From NCBI GenBank assembly GCA_963784525.1, contig CAWART010000001.1, positions 339,729 to 403,728 of the forward strand: a stretch of 64,000 bases of DNA. The letters are read 5' to 3'. Shown piece by piece: positions 39,874-48,825 of the stretch. The notes under the pieces are model-generated. The model searched no databases, was not told the DNA's origin, and was given only the letters and a program-made list of their open reading frames with translations. A program made the translations under genes and the position numbers. Each line of letters starts with the position of its first letter. Position 1 is the first letter of the stretch. This DNA comes from Candidatus Aminicenantes bacterium (GTDB lineage: Bacteria > Acidobacteriota > Aminicenantia > Aminicenantales > Saccharicenantaceae).

Positions 39874-41124
39874 ATGAACGCGACCCTGCCCCGCTTCTTC
39901 TGGAGCGAGTACCGCAAGCGCCGGAAACGGGCGGCGCTCATCACCTTCGCCCTGTTCTGGGGGACGCTGTCCATCCTTCTCCTCCTGGCGTTCGGGCAGG
40001 GGATGACGACCCAGTTCAAGATCAGTTTCAGCGGGCTCGGCGACAACCTCATCATGATCTCCGGCGGCCAGACCTCGCTCCCGTTCGAGGGCCTGCCCAA
40101 GGGGCGGCAGACCCGGATCTATCCCGAGGATGTCGACGAGCTCCGCGCGCGCATCCCGGAGATCCTCCGCATCGCACCGGAAGCTTATAACTTCATCCAG
40201 GTGTCGGCCAACGGCAAGGAGATCAACCGCACCGTCCACGGGGTCACGCCCGATTTCGCTCTGATGCGGACCCAGATCCCCCGGCTCGGCGGCCGGTTCC
40301 TCGACGAGGACGACGAAGCGCGCGGCCGGAAGGTCGCCTTCATCGGCTGGGCCGTCGCCCGGGACCTGTTCGGGAGCGAGGACCCGGTCGGGAGGTCCGT
40401 CGTCATCAACCGCGTCCCGTTCATGGTCGTCGGAGTCCTCCAGAAGAAGCTTCAGGACTCGATGTACAACGGGCCGGACGCCGAACAGGTCTACCTCCCG
40501 TACCGGGCCTTCCGCCAGATCGACAACCAGAGGTATCTCGATCAGCTCCACATCCAGCCCCGGAGCCGCGAGGACTCGAAGCTCGTCGAGACCCGGACGA
40601 AGACGCTCCTCGGCCGCAAGTACCGGTTCGATCCGGCCGATCCCTACGCCCTCAACATCTGGAACACCATCGACAACGCCGACGAGGGAGCGGCCGTCTT
40701 CAGGGGGATCGAGCTCTTCCTGGGCATCATGGGCGCCCTGACCCTGTTCATCGGGGCCGTGGGCGTCACGAACCTGATGTACGCCGCGGCCAAGGAGCGG
40801 ACGCGCGAGATCGGCATCAAGCTGGCCATCGGGGCCCGGCGTCGGGTCATCGTCCAGCAGTTCATGCTCGAGACGGGCTTCATCTTCGGCAAAGGGACGT
40901 TCTGGGGGTTCGTCACGGCCTTCAACATCGTCAACCTCGTCCGGCTCGCCCCCATCAACTACGAGTCGTTCGGCATCGACGCCTATCTCCTCCGGCCGGT
41001 CTTCTCCTTTCGCATCTTCGTCCTTTACACGGCCACGGTGGGCGTGCTCGTCTTCCTCTCCGGCATCTTCCCGGCCCTCCGGGCGTCCCGGTCGAACCCC
41101 ATCGAGTCACTCCGTTATGAATAG
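39874..41124 (+). CDS. ABC transporter permease, MacB/FtsX family (paralog of the preceding gene)
   Basis: Same architecture, with REIGIKLAIGARRRVIV. Confidence 0.8.
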   Translation: MNATLPRFFWSEYRKRRKRAALITFALFWGTLSILLLLAFGQGMTTQFKISFSGLGDNLIMISGGQTSLPFEGLPKGRQTRIYPEDVDELRARIPEILRIAPEAYNFIQVSANGKEINRTVHGVTPDFALMRTQIPRLGGRFLDEDDEARGRKVAFIGWAVARDLFGSEDPVGRSVVINRVPFMVVGVLQKKLQDSMYNGPDAEQVYLPYRAFRQIDNQRYLDQLHIQPRSREDSKLVETRTKTLLGRKYRFDPADPYALNIWNTIDNADEGAAVFRGIELFLGIMGALTLFIGAVGVTNLMYAAAKERTREIGIKLAIGARRRVIVQQFMLETGFIFGKGTFWGFVTAFNIVNLVRLAPINYESFGIDAYLLRPVFSFRIFVLYTATVGVLVFLSGIFPALRASRSNPIESLRYE

Positions 41125-41133
41125 AGGGTCATC

Positions 41134-41796
41134 ATGATCGAGCTCAACGGCATCACCAAGGTCTACAGGACGGGGGCCCAGACGCTGGAAGCCCTGCGCG
41201 GCGTCACCCTGACGATCGGGAAAGGCGAGTTCATCTCGATCATGGGTCCCTCGGGGTCCGGGAAATCGACCCTGATGAACGTCATCGGATGCCTCGACAC
41301 GCCGACGGCGGGCGAATATGTCCTCGACGGCGACCGGGTGGCGGGCCTGAGCTTCGACGAGCTCGCCGCGGTCCGCAACCATAAGATCGGGTTCGTCTTC
41401 CAGAATTTCAACCTCCTGCCCTACGCCACGGCCTGGGAGAACATCGAGCTTCCGATGCTCTTCGACGGCAAGAGCGCGCGTCGCCGGAAGGAGCGCGTCG
41501 CCGAGCTCCTGAACGCCGTCGGGCTCTACGCCTGGCGGGAGCACAAGCCGTCGGAGCTATCCGGAGGACAGCAGCAGAGGATCTCCCTGGCCCGCGCCCT
41601 GGCCAACGATCCGCCCATCCTTCTGGCCGACGAGCCGACGGGGAACCTCGATTCGAAGAGCGGGGAGGAGATCATGGCCCTTCTCGGCGACCTGTGGAAG
41701 GCCGGCCGGACCATCGTCATGGTCACCCATAACGACGCCATCGCGGCCCAATCCGAGCGTGTCGTCCGGCTCTTCGACGGCACGGTCAGGAGCTGA
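41134..41796 (+). CDS. ABC transporter ATP-binding protein (MacB/LolD-type)
   Basis: Walker A GPSGSGKST, signature LSGGQQQRISLARAL, Walker B ILLADEPTGNLD. Confidence 0.9.
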   Translation: MIELNGITKVYRTGAQTLEALRGVTLTIGKGEFISIMGPSGSGKSTLMNVIGCLDTPTAGEYVLDGDRVAGLSFDELAAVRNHKIGFVFQNFNLLPYATAWENIELPMLFDGKSARRRKERVAELLNAVGLYAWREHKPSELSGGQQQRISLARALANDPPILLADEPTGNLDSKSGEEIMALLGDLWKAGRTIVMVTHNDAIAAQSERVVRLFDGTVRS

Positions 41797-43237
41797 CGGC
41801 GGGGCGGGCGAAGCGCGGCGAGACGAGCGGGACGCGTTTTGTAGCCGCAGGCTTCAGCCTGCGCTGGAAATCCGGATTCTCAAGCTCAGGCCTAAGCCTG
41901 AGGCTGCAATTTGGGTTAGACTCAACGACCGCGCGGCTATAGTCTCGAGCCACGAGCGAACGCAAGAAACGGTACTTCATGCCCTGTTCCGGAACGATCT
42001 CCGGAACGAGTTCCCATTCGATGTCCACGCCCGGGCCGAGAAGCGCCTCAAGCCCTTCGCGGAGCCGGACGAGGGCTTCCGGCGGGGGAGGGGAGTCCGG
42101 AACGAGGCGGATGACGACGCGGTCGACCCGCTCCTGGACGAGCTCGTACTGTTCGACCCATGGGGCGACGGCCTGGATGACGTGGGCGGCGGCCGCGGCG
42201 TAAAGTTCGCGCCCACCCGGTAAATGCAGATAATCGACGGAGCGGCCGGAGATCTCCGAGAGGGTGGCGAACGGCGCCCCGCACGGGCAGGCCGCCGGGC
42301 CGGGGACGACCTCGTCGCCGAGGACGTAACGGACGAACGGCTGGGCGTGATAGTGAAGGGCCGTGACGACGATGTCGCCGCGCTCGCCCTCCCGCGCCGG
42401 CCTCCCGTCCTTCAAAACCTCGACGACGACGTTGTCGTCGCAGACGTGGTAAAGGCCCGTCTCGCGGCACTCCCAGGCGATGAGACCGAACTCCTCACTG
42501 CAATAGGTGTCGTATGCCGGGCAACCGAAGCCTTCCACGATGCGGCGCCTCATGCCGGGCGTCAGCATCTCGGAACCCGTGACCACGAACCGGGGGCGCG
42601 GAGCCCGGCCGGACAGCCGGGCGACCTCTCTGGCCGCACGGGTCAGGACCCCCGCATCCCCCGTGACCACGTCCGGGTCGGTTCTTCCGAGCGCCGCCGC
42701 GATATCCGCGGGCGCGTCGAGGAGCGCGATCTGGTCCTGCCGGAAGAGCCCGAGCCGTTGGGCCGCCCTCCAGGCGGGAGGAGACTGCTTGTGGGAATGG
42801 GTTCCGATCCGGGCCATCCGGTCCGCCGGCCGGAGCCCGAAGGACGCCATCGCCCTCATACGGAACACATGGAAGACGAAATCCTCCGCCGGGGTCCTGC
42901 GAACGGCCAACGGCTCGCCCGTCGAACCGGTCGTTTGGATCGTGATCAGGCGGTCCGGGTCGCTTCCGTTCGCCAGGAACGCGCCGAGCCTCCGCGCCCG
43001 GAGGTCCTTTCTCGTGATGATGGGAAGCGCGGCGAGATCTTCGGCCGTGCGGACGGATCCGGGCGAAACGCCCCGTGCGGCCCAGATGTCCCGGTAGAAG
43101 GGGACATTCTTCCGGGCATGACGAATGATCCGCCGAAGACGCCCGTCGCGGTACTCCCGGACCTGTCGCGGGCTCGATGTCGAATGTCGTAACGCGGCGC
43201 CGAGGACAGCGAGGCCGCCCGCGATCCCGACCCTCAT
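41786..43237 (-). CDS. phenylacetate-CoA ligase (PaaK/CapK/F390-synthetase) family adenylate-forming enzyme
   Basis: TIQTTGSTGEPL is the adenylation P-loop-like motif of the PaaK family. The 3-prime coding tail overlaps the convergent ABC ATPase gene by 11 nt and contains two hairpins. Confidence 0.65.
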   Translation of the reverse strand: MRVGIAGGLAVLGAALRHSTSSPRQVREYRDGRLRRIIRHARKNVPFYRDIWAARGVSPGSVRTAEDLAALPIITRKDLRARRLGAFLANGSDPDRLITIQTTGSTGEPLAVRRTPAEDFVFHVFRMRAMASFGLRPADRMARIGTHSHKQSPPAWRAAQRLGLFRQDQIALLDAPADIAAALGRTDPDVVTGDAGVLTRAAREVARLSGRAPRPRFVVTGSEMLTPGMRRRIVEGFGCPAYDTYCSEEFGLIAWECRETGLYHVCDDNVVVEVLKDGRPAREGERGDIVVTALHYHAQPFVRYVLGDEVVPGPAACPCGAPFATLSEISGRSVDYLHLPGGRELYAAAAAHVIQAVAPWVEQYELVQERVDRVVIRLVPDSPPPPEALVRLREGLEALLGPGVDIEWELVPEIVPEQGMKYRFLRSLVARDYSRAVVESNPNCSLRLRPELENPDFQRRLKPAATKRVPLVSPRFARPAVSS

Positions 43238-43316
43238 CGTTCCGTCCTCATGACAGGACGGGATTATAGACCCTCATCCGGCGCTTGGCAAAGGGATCGA
43301 GCGGGACTCGGGGCCC

Positions 43317-44345
43317 TCACCTCGGACGCCCGGTGCCCGCCCGGGTGCGGAATGCGAATCCCTTTTCCTTGAAGAGCTTGATGCAGGCGTCCACCGCGTC
43401 CGGATCGTACCAGACTCCCTTGTAGCGCGAGAGTTCCGCGAGCACGCTCTCCAGGTCCAGGGCCGCCCTGTAAGGGCGATGTGAGATCATGGCTTCCGTG
43501 ACGTCCGCGACGGCCAGGATCTTGGCTTCCGGAAGGATCCCGTCTCCCTTCAGGCCCTGAGGGTAACCCGTGCCGTCCAGCCGTTCATGGTGTTGATGGA
43601 CGATGTCCGCGATCGCCCAGGGGAAATCGACCGTCTTCAGGATGTCGTAGGCGACCCCGGGGTGCTTTTTTATGAGCTCCCATTCGATGTCGGTGAGGGG
43701 CGTCGGTTTCGCCAGGATCTCGGCCGGAACGGCGATCTTCCCGATGTCATGGAGGGTCCCGGCCACCCGGATCGTGTCCATCTGGTCCTCGGACATCCCC
43801 AGCTCGGCGGCGATGGAACGGGCGAGATCGGAAACGCGGTGTTGATGTCCGGCCGTGTAAGGGTCCCTCATCTCCAGGACCATGCCGATCGCCTGGATCG
43901 TCCCGTTCATCGCGTGGCTCACCCTGGCGAGCGCGGTGCGGAGCTTTTCCTCCATGGCCTTGTGCTTGGTGATGTCGTGGATCACCGTCAGATAGGTCGT
44001 CTTTCCCTCGGAGATGAACTCGTTGATATTGATGTCGACATGGACCCGTTCGGAGAACTTGTTCTTCAGGACGGTCTCGTAGGTCGCGATCACGGATTCT
44101 CCCCTATTGCGCCGCTTGTGGCGGTCGAGCATCATGGCCAGGGAGCCCGCGTCGATGAACCTGTGGAAGGGCTGGCCCATGAGCTCCGCGGGCGCGAATC
44201 CGCATATGTCGCTCATGTAGGGGTTGGCATAGATGATCATGCCGTCCTGGACGATGATGACGCCTTCGTTGGCCCTCTCGACGAGCATCCGGAACTTTGC
44301 TTCGCTTTCCCGAAGCTTCTCGGGGGTGAAGTCCTGATGTTCCAT
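43317..44345 (-). CDS. PAS domain / HD-GYP domain protein (putative c-di-GMP phosphodiesterase)
   Basis: N-terminal PAS (VIIVQDGMIIYANPYMSDICGF). HD-GYP motifs HDIGK and HHERLDGTGYPQGL. Confidence 0.8.
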   Translation of the reverse strand: MEHQDFTPEKLRESEAKFRMLVERANEGVIIVQDGMIIYANPYMSDICGFAPAELMGQPFHRFIDAGSLAMMLDRHKRRNRGESVIATYETVLKNKFSERVHVDININEFISEGKTTYLTVIHDITKHKAMEEKLRTALARVSHAMNGTIQAIGMVLEMRDPYTAGHQHRVSDLARSIAAELGMSEDQMDTIRVAGTLHDIGKIAVPAEILAKPTPLTDIEWELIKKHPGVAYDILKTVDFPWAIADIVHQHHERLDGTGYPQGLKGDGILPEAKILAVADVTEAMISHRPYRAALDLESVLAELSRYKGVWYDPDAVDACIKLFKEKGFAFRTRAGTGRPR

Positions 44346-44508
44346 CGCGGCTCCTTCTCCTGACCCTGGGAACGAAACGCAGGGCCCGGATGAGTACTGC
44401 TCCGCACTTCTAGAATTATATAACTCGAGTATATAAAGAATTGTGAATATAGTAAACGGAAAAGATCATGGGGCCGGGAAGGAGCGCGCGGAGGAGAGAA
44501 ATGAAAAA

Positions 44509-44581
44509 TGGCCAGGGACGGAATTGAACCGCCGACGCAAGGATTTTCAGTCCTTCGCTCTACCAGCTGAGCTACCTGGCC
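44509..44581 (-). tRNA. tRNA-Phe (GAA)
   Basis: rc reads GGCCAGGTAGCTCAGCTGGTAGAGCGAAGGACTGAAAATCCTTGCGTCGGCGGTTCAATTCCGTCCCTGGCCA. The 7-bp acceptor stem, GTTCAAT T-loop and anticodon loop CTGAAAA (anticodon GAA) are all present. Confidence 0.85.
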
Positions 44582-44615
44582 ATGCGCGCCCGAACGACCG
44601 CTCGGGGCGGGAGAT

Positions 44616-44644
44616 AGTATAGTAAGCCGGCGGGGCAAAGTCAA
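44616..44644 (-). promoter_or_regulatory. sigma70-type promoter for tRNA-Phe (TTGACT-N17-TATACT on the minus strand)
   Basis: rc of 44639-44644 is TTGACT and rc of 44616-44621 is TATACT. The predicted TSS is about 27 nt upstream of the tRNA 5-prime end. Confidence 0.45.
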
Positions 44645-44736
44645 ACGGCAATACGACCGCCCGGCGGGTCGGCTCCGGCGGGCTTCGGCGGCGCGGCCTT
44701 GACGGGCCCGGAGTCCCGTGCTACGTTCAGTCCGCC

Positions 44737-45723
44737 ATGAACGTCGCGGCCCTGCTCCCCCATGTCGAGGTCTTCGGCGGCGTCCGGAGATATCTCGAGA
44801 TCGGCAACGCCCTGGTCCGGCGCGGCCATCGATTCACGCTCTTCACGCCGGACGGGGCGCCCCCGGCCTGGCTCGCGTTCTCGGGGGTCCTGCGCCCGTT
44901 CTCCGATCTGGGACGCGAATCTTTCGACGTCGGGCTCTGCAGCGAGTATTCCATCCTGGAGGCCTACGAGCGGCTCCCGGCGCGGGAGAAGTTCTTCTAC
45001 TTCGTCATGGAGGGCCACAAGAGGGAAAGGGAGGTCGCCCGGCGCGATCTCCGTTTCCTGGGAAACTCCGAGGGCATCTGCCGCCGCATGGAGTCGCGCT
45101 ATCGCATCACCTGCCACCGGGCGCCCGGCGGCATTGATCCGGCAATATTCCATCCGCTCGCGCCCGGGGAGCTCGAGCCCCGGTCCGGCGATGAGTTCCG
45201 CGTCCTGGCCTATGGCCGTATCTACAAGCACCGAAAGGGCGTCGACGCGGTCATCCGGGCCGTCGACGGGCTCCATCGGGCCCGCCCGAACCTCCGTCTC
45301 ATCCTTTTCGATTCCCCGGTCGGGGAGGATCGCGTGGATCCCCGGCCCCTCGTCCGGACGCGCGTCCCCGTCGAGTTCCACATCGGCCTTCCGCAGGACC
45401 GGATGGCCTGGCTCTATTCCCGGGCGGACGTCTTCGTCTCCGGCGAGCGGCGGGCGGGGTGGTCCAACACCGTCGCCGAGGCCATGGCCTGCGCGGCGCC
45501 GGTCGTTTGCACGCCGAGCGGGACACGCGATTTCGCCCTGCCCGGCCGGACCGCCTGCGTCGTGCCCCTGCCCCTGCCGTTCCTCATCCGCCGCCGTCTC
45601 CGGGAGCTCATGGACGACGCGCCCCTCCGCCGCCGCCTGGCCGCCGCCGGGAGGGAGAAGATCCTGGAGTTCACCTGGGATTTCCTGGCCGCCCGCCTCG
45701 AGGGGATCTTCGGAAGGACCTGA
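44737..45723 (+). CDS. glycosyltransferase family 4 (GT-B, group 1)
   Basis: C-terminal GWSNTVAEAMACAAPVVCTPSG matches the GT1/GT4 donor-binding region (E-x7-E-like). Confidence 0.7.
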   Translation: MNVAALLPHVEVFGGVRRYLEIGNALVRRGHRFTLFTPDGAPPAWLAFSGVLRPFSDLGRESFDVGLCSEYSILEAYERLPAREKFFYFVMEGHKREREVARRDLRFLGNSEGICRRMESRYRITCHRAPGGIDPAIFHPLAPGELEPRSGDEFRVLAYGRIYKHRKGVDAVIRAVDGLHRARPNLRLILFDSPVGEDRVDPRPLVRTRVPVEFHIGLPQDRMAWLYSRADVFVSGERRAGWSNTVAEAMACAAPVVCTPSGTRDFALPGRTACVVPLPLPFLIRRRLRELMDDAPLRRRLAAAGREKILEFTWDFLAARLEGIFGRT

Positions 45724-45776
45724 AATTGCACGGGGATACCCGATATGGTATCCTTGACGGCGGAGGAGAACGCCCC

Positions 45777-45992
45777 ATGGACGAGAACGAGCTGAAGGAG
45801 CTTCTGGCCCGCGAAAACCCCGATTTCCGCCGCGCTCTCGAGGAGCATCGCACCTGCGAGGCCGCCCTCGAGGGCCTGAAGGCCAAGCCCTTCCTGACCG
45901 ACGCCGAGACGCTCGAGGAAAAGGAGCTCAAGAAGCGCAAGCTCGCTCTCAAGGACAGGATGTACCAGCTGATGCTCGCGCACGGGAAATGA
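45777..45992 (+). CDS. DUF465 (YdcH-like) small protein
   Basis: 71 aa: MDENELKELLARENPDFRRALEEHRTCEAALEGL... GGAGGAG SD before the ATG at 45777. The ORF-track start at 45459 is an upstream extension. Confidence 0.6.
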   Translation: MDENELKELLARENPDFRRALEEHRTCEAALEGLKAKPFLTDAETLEEKELKKRKLALKDRMYQLMLAHGK

Positions 45993-47023
45993 CCGCGAAT
46001 CCGAAACGCCGCTTCGCCCTGGTCGGGACGGAATCGCTCCGCGGCAAGGAGCTCAAGAGCCTCCTCGACCGGACGAAATACCCCCTCCGCTCGATGGACT
46101 TCTTCGACGCCGACGTCAAGGAGGAGTTCAGCAAGCTGACGGAATTCCAGGGCGAGCCGAAGGTCATCCATCACCCGACGCCCAAGCTCCTGGAGGGCCT
46201 GGACATCGTCTTCCTGGCCTCAGACCCCGCTTCCAACAGGGAGTTCGGGCGCCTTGCGGCCAAACACGATTACCGGGCCGTCGACCTCGTCGAGACGTTC
46301 AACACGGACCCCAAGGTCCCCCTCGTTGTGGCCGGGATCAACGACGGCGCGGCCGCCGTGAGGAAGGCCCCTCTCGTCGCCATCCCCAATCCCGCCTCGG
46401 TCTTCCTGGCGCGCCTCCTCCACCCCCTCCGCGGGGCGTTCGGGATCGCCAGGGCGGTCGCCTTCGTCCTCCGGCCGGCCTCGGCCTTCGAGGACGAGGG
46501 GATCCGCGAGCTCGTCGACCAGAGCTGTGCCATCCTCTCGGGCTCGGCCGTCTCCCGGAAGGTCTTCCGGGACCAGGTCGCCTTCAACGTCCTCTCGCGG
46601 ACAGGGAAGCCGGGCAAGGACGGGTTCTCGGCCCCCGAAAAGCAGGTGGCCGCCGAGGTCCGGCGCGTCCTGGGCGCGCCCGAATTCCCGTTCACCCTCT
46701 CGATCGTCCAGGCGCCCGTGTTCCATACCTATTCCCTCATGGCCTACGCCGAGCTCGGAAAGGGAGCGGACCTCGCGGGCGTCGAGGCGCTCTTCAAGGC
46801 CGACCCCGCCTTCAGGCTCACCGGGCGCGAGGCCGCCGGCGCCGCCGCCGCCTCCTCCGTCGCCGGCAAGGACGAGATCGTCCTCGGCGAGATCAAGGCG
46901 GAACCGACCATCCCCGGCGGCTTCTGGTTCTGGATCGTCGCCGACAACCTGACCGCCGGCTCGGCCCTGAACGCCCTGGCGGTCGCCAAAGCCCTTTCTT
47001 CCGCCTCCCGAGCCGGCGCATGA
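45989..47023 (+). CDS. aspartate-semialdehyde dehydrogenase-like protein lacking the catalytic Cys
   Basis: N-terminal RFALVGTESLRGKEL Rossmann motif and overall Asd-like layout. The position of the conserved NPNC(S/T)T nucleophile reads IPNPASV (Cys replaced by Ala). The His-containing segment FHTYSL is retained. Confidence 0.55.
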   Translation: MTANPKRRFALVGTESLRGKELKSLLDRTKYPLRSMDFFDADVKEEFSKLTEFQGEPKVIHHPTPKLLEGLDIVFLASDPASNREFGRLAAKHDYRAVDLVETFNTDPKVPLVVAGINDGAAAVRKAPLVAIPNPASVFLARLLHPLRGAFGIARAVAFVLRPASAFEDEGIRELVDQSCAILSGSAVSRKVFRDQVAFNVLSRTGKPGKDGFSAPEKQVAAEVRRVLGAPEFPFTLSIVQAPVFHTYSLMAYAELGKGADLAGVEALFKADPAFRLTGREAAGAAAASSVAGKDEIVLGEIKAEPTIPGGFWFWIVADNLTAGSALNALAVAKALSSASRAGA

Positions 47024-48825
47024 AAGACGTGTTCCGCCTCCTCAAGCTGACCTTCAAGGAGAAGAAGCTCCTCTTCCTGGCGTTCGGCTCGTCCCTGTTC
47101 GTGGCCTTCTTCACCTACGTCTTCGTGGACATGGTCCAGCCCATCCTCGACCGTCTCTTCCTGAGGACCCCGGCCCCCGCCGTCCCGGACAAGGCCCGGC
47201 TGATGGACGCCCTCTTCCGGGCCCTCAACGTGACCGAAGCCGACGTCACCCGGGTCCTGCCGGTCGTCCTCGTCGTCGTCATCTTCGGCAAGGGGATGTT
47301 CACGTTCCTCTCGTCGTTCTTCATGAAGGCGGTCGGGCACCGGGTCGTCAAGACGATGCGGGACGACCTCTACGAGCACGTCATCTACCAGTCGACGAGC
47401 TACTTCGACCACGTGCCGACGGGCGACCTGATGAGCCGGATGACCAACGACGTCGAGAAGGTCCAACAGGCCCTGTCCGGGAGCATGGGCGACATGATCG
47501 AGGAGGTCTTCACGCTGATCGCGCTCCTCGTCGGGATCTTCATCCGGGACTTCCGGCTGGCCGTGGTCTCCTTCGTCGTGGCCCCGCTGGCCGCCGTCCC
47601 GATGGCCGTCTTCAGCCGCCAGCTCAAGAAGAAAAGCCTGTCGGCCCAGGTCCGGATGGGCCAGATCTATGGCCTCCTCCACGAGACCATCACCGGGAAC
47701 AAGATCGTCAAGGCCTTCACGACCGAGCGCTTCGAGATCCGCCGGTTCCTGAAGGCCACGGCCGGCTACCTCAGGACGAGCATCAAGCTGGCCTGGATCG
47801 GGAGCCTCTCCTCGCCCTTCATGGAGTTCCTGGGGGGCGTCGTCGGCGCGTTCATCCTCTGGGTGGGAACGAAGCGCATCGCCGAGGGGGCCATCAGCCC
47901 CGGCGACTTCGGGGCCTTCCTTACGGCCCTCTTCCTGATGTACATGCCCATCAAGCGCCTGAGCAAGGCCAACAACGTCATCCAGCAGGCCGTCGCCTGC
48001 CACGCGAGGATCACCGAGGTCCTGGCCAACACGCCCGTCGTCCGGGACGCCCCGAACGCCTATCCGCTTCCCCCGGTCAAGGGCGCCATCCGGTTCGAGG
48101 ACGTCTCGTTCGCCTACGACCCGAACCGGCCGGTCCTCACCGGGATCGATTTCGAGGTCCGGCCGACCGAGACCGTGGCCATCGTCGGGCTGAGCGGCGC
48201 GGGAAAGACGACCATCATCAACCTCCTCGCCCGGTTCTACGAGCCGACGGGGGGCCGGGTCCTGGTCGACGGCATCGACATCCGCGACGTGACCCTGGAC
48301 TCCCTCCGCTCCCGCATCGGGCTCGTGACCCAGGAGATCATCCTGTTCAACGAGTCCATCCGGGACAACATCGCGTACGGCCTCGAAAGCGCTCCGGAGG
48401 ACCGGATCATCGCGGCGGCCACGGCCGCCAAGGCGCATGATTTCATCATGCAGCTCCCCGACGGGTACGCGACCCCGATCGGCGAGCGCGGCGGCCTGTT
48501 GTCCTCGGGCCAGAGACAGAGGCTGGCCATCGCCCGGGCCCTGCTCAAGGACCCGCCCATCCTCATCCTGGACGAGGCCACATCCGCCCTGGACGCCGAG
48601 TCCGAGCATCTCATCCAGGAGGCGCTGGCGACCTTGAGGCAGGGCCGGACGACCATCATCATCGCCCACCGCCTGTCCACCGTCCGGAGCGCCGATCGGA
48701 TCCTCGTCATCGAGGCCGGCCGCATCGCCGAGCGGGGCGCCCACGAGGAGCTCATCCGGCGGGACGGGCTCTATCGCAAGCTCTACGAGCTCCAGTTTCC
48801 CGAGGACGAGGAGGTATCGCATTGA
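47020..48825 (+). CDS. ABC transporter, fused permease/ATPase (MsbA-like exporter)
   Basis: Six N-terminal TM helices. Walker A GLSGAGKTT, signature LSSGQRQRLAIARAL, Walker B ILILDEATSALD. Confidence 0.85.
   Translation: MKDVFRLLKLTFKEKKLLFLAFGSSLFVAFFTYVFVDMVQPILDRLFLRTPAPAVPDKARLMDALFRALNVTEADVTRVLPVVLVVVIFGKGMFTFLSSFFMKAVGHRVVKTMRDDLYEHVIYQSTSYFDHVPTGDLMSRMTNDVEKVQQALSGSMGDMIEEVFTLIALLVGIFIRDFRLAVVSFVVAPLAAVPMAVFSRQLKKKSLSAQVRMGQIYGLLHETITGNKIVKAFTTERFEIRRFLKATAGYLRTSIKLAWIGSLSSPFMEFLGGVVGAFILWVGTKRIAEGAISPGDFGAFLTALFLMYMPIKRLSKANNVIQQAVACHARITEVLANTPVVRDAPNAYPLPPVKGAIRFEDVSFAYDPNRPVLTGIDFEVRPTETVAIVGLSGAGKTTIINLLARFYEPTGGRVLVDGIDIRDVTLDSLRSRIGLVTQEIILFNESIRDNIAYGLESAPEDRIIAAATAAKAHDFIMQLPDGYATPIGERGGLLSSGQRQRLAIARALLKDPPILILDEATSALDAESEHLIQEALATLRQGRTTIIIAHRLSTVRSADRILVIEAGRIAERGAHEELIRRDGLYRKLYELQFPEDEEVSH

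Noticed and set aside
43317-45723. Integrated mobile element at tRNA-Phe
   Set aside because: No integrase, recombinase or transposase ORF and no direct repeat of the tRNA 3-prime end within the window. The flanking genes (PAS-HD-GYP, GT4) look like ordinary chromosomal genes of matching GC content.
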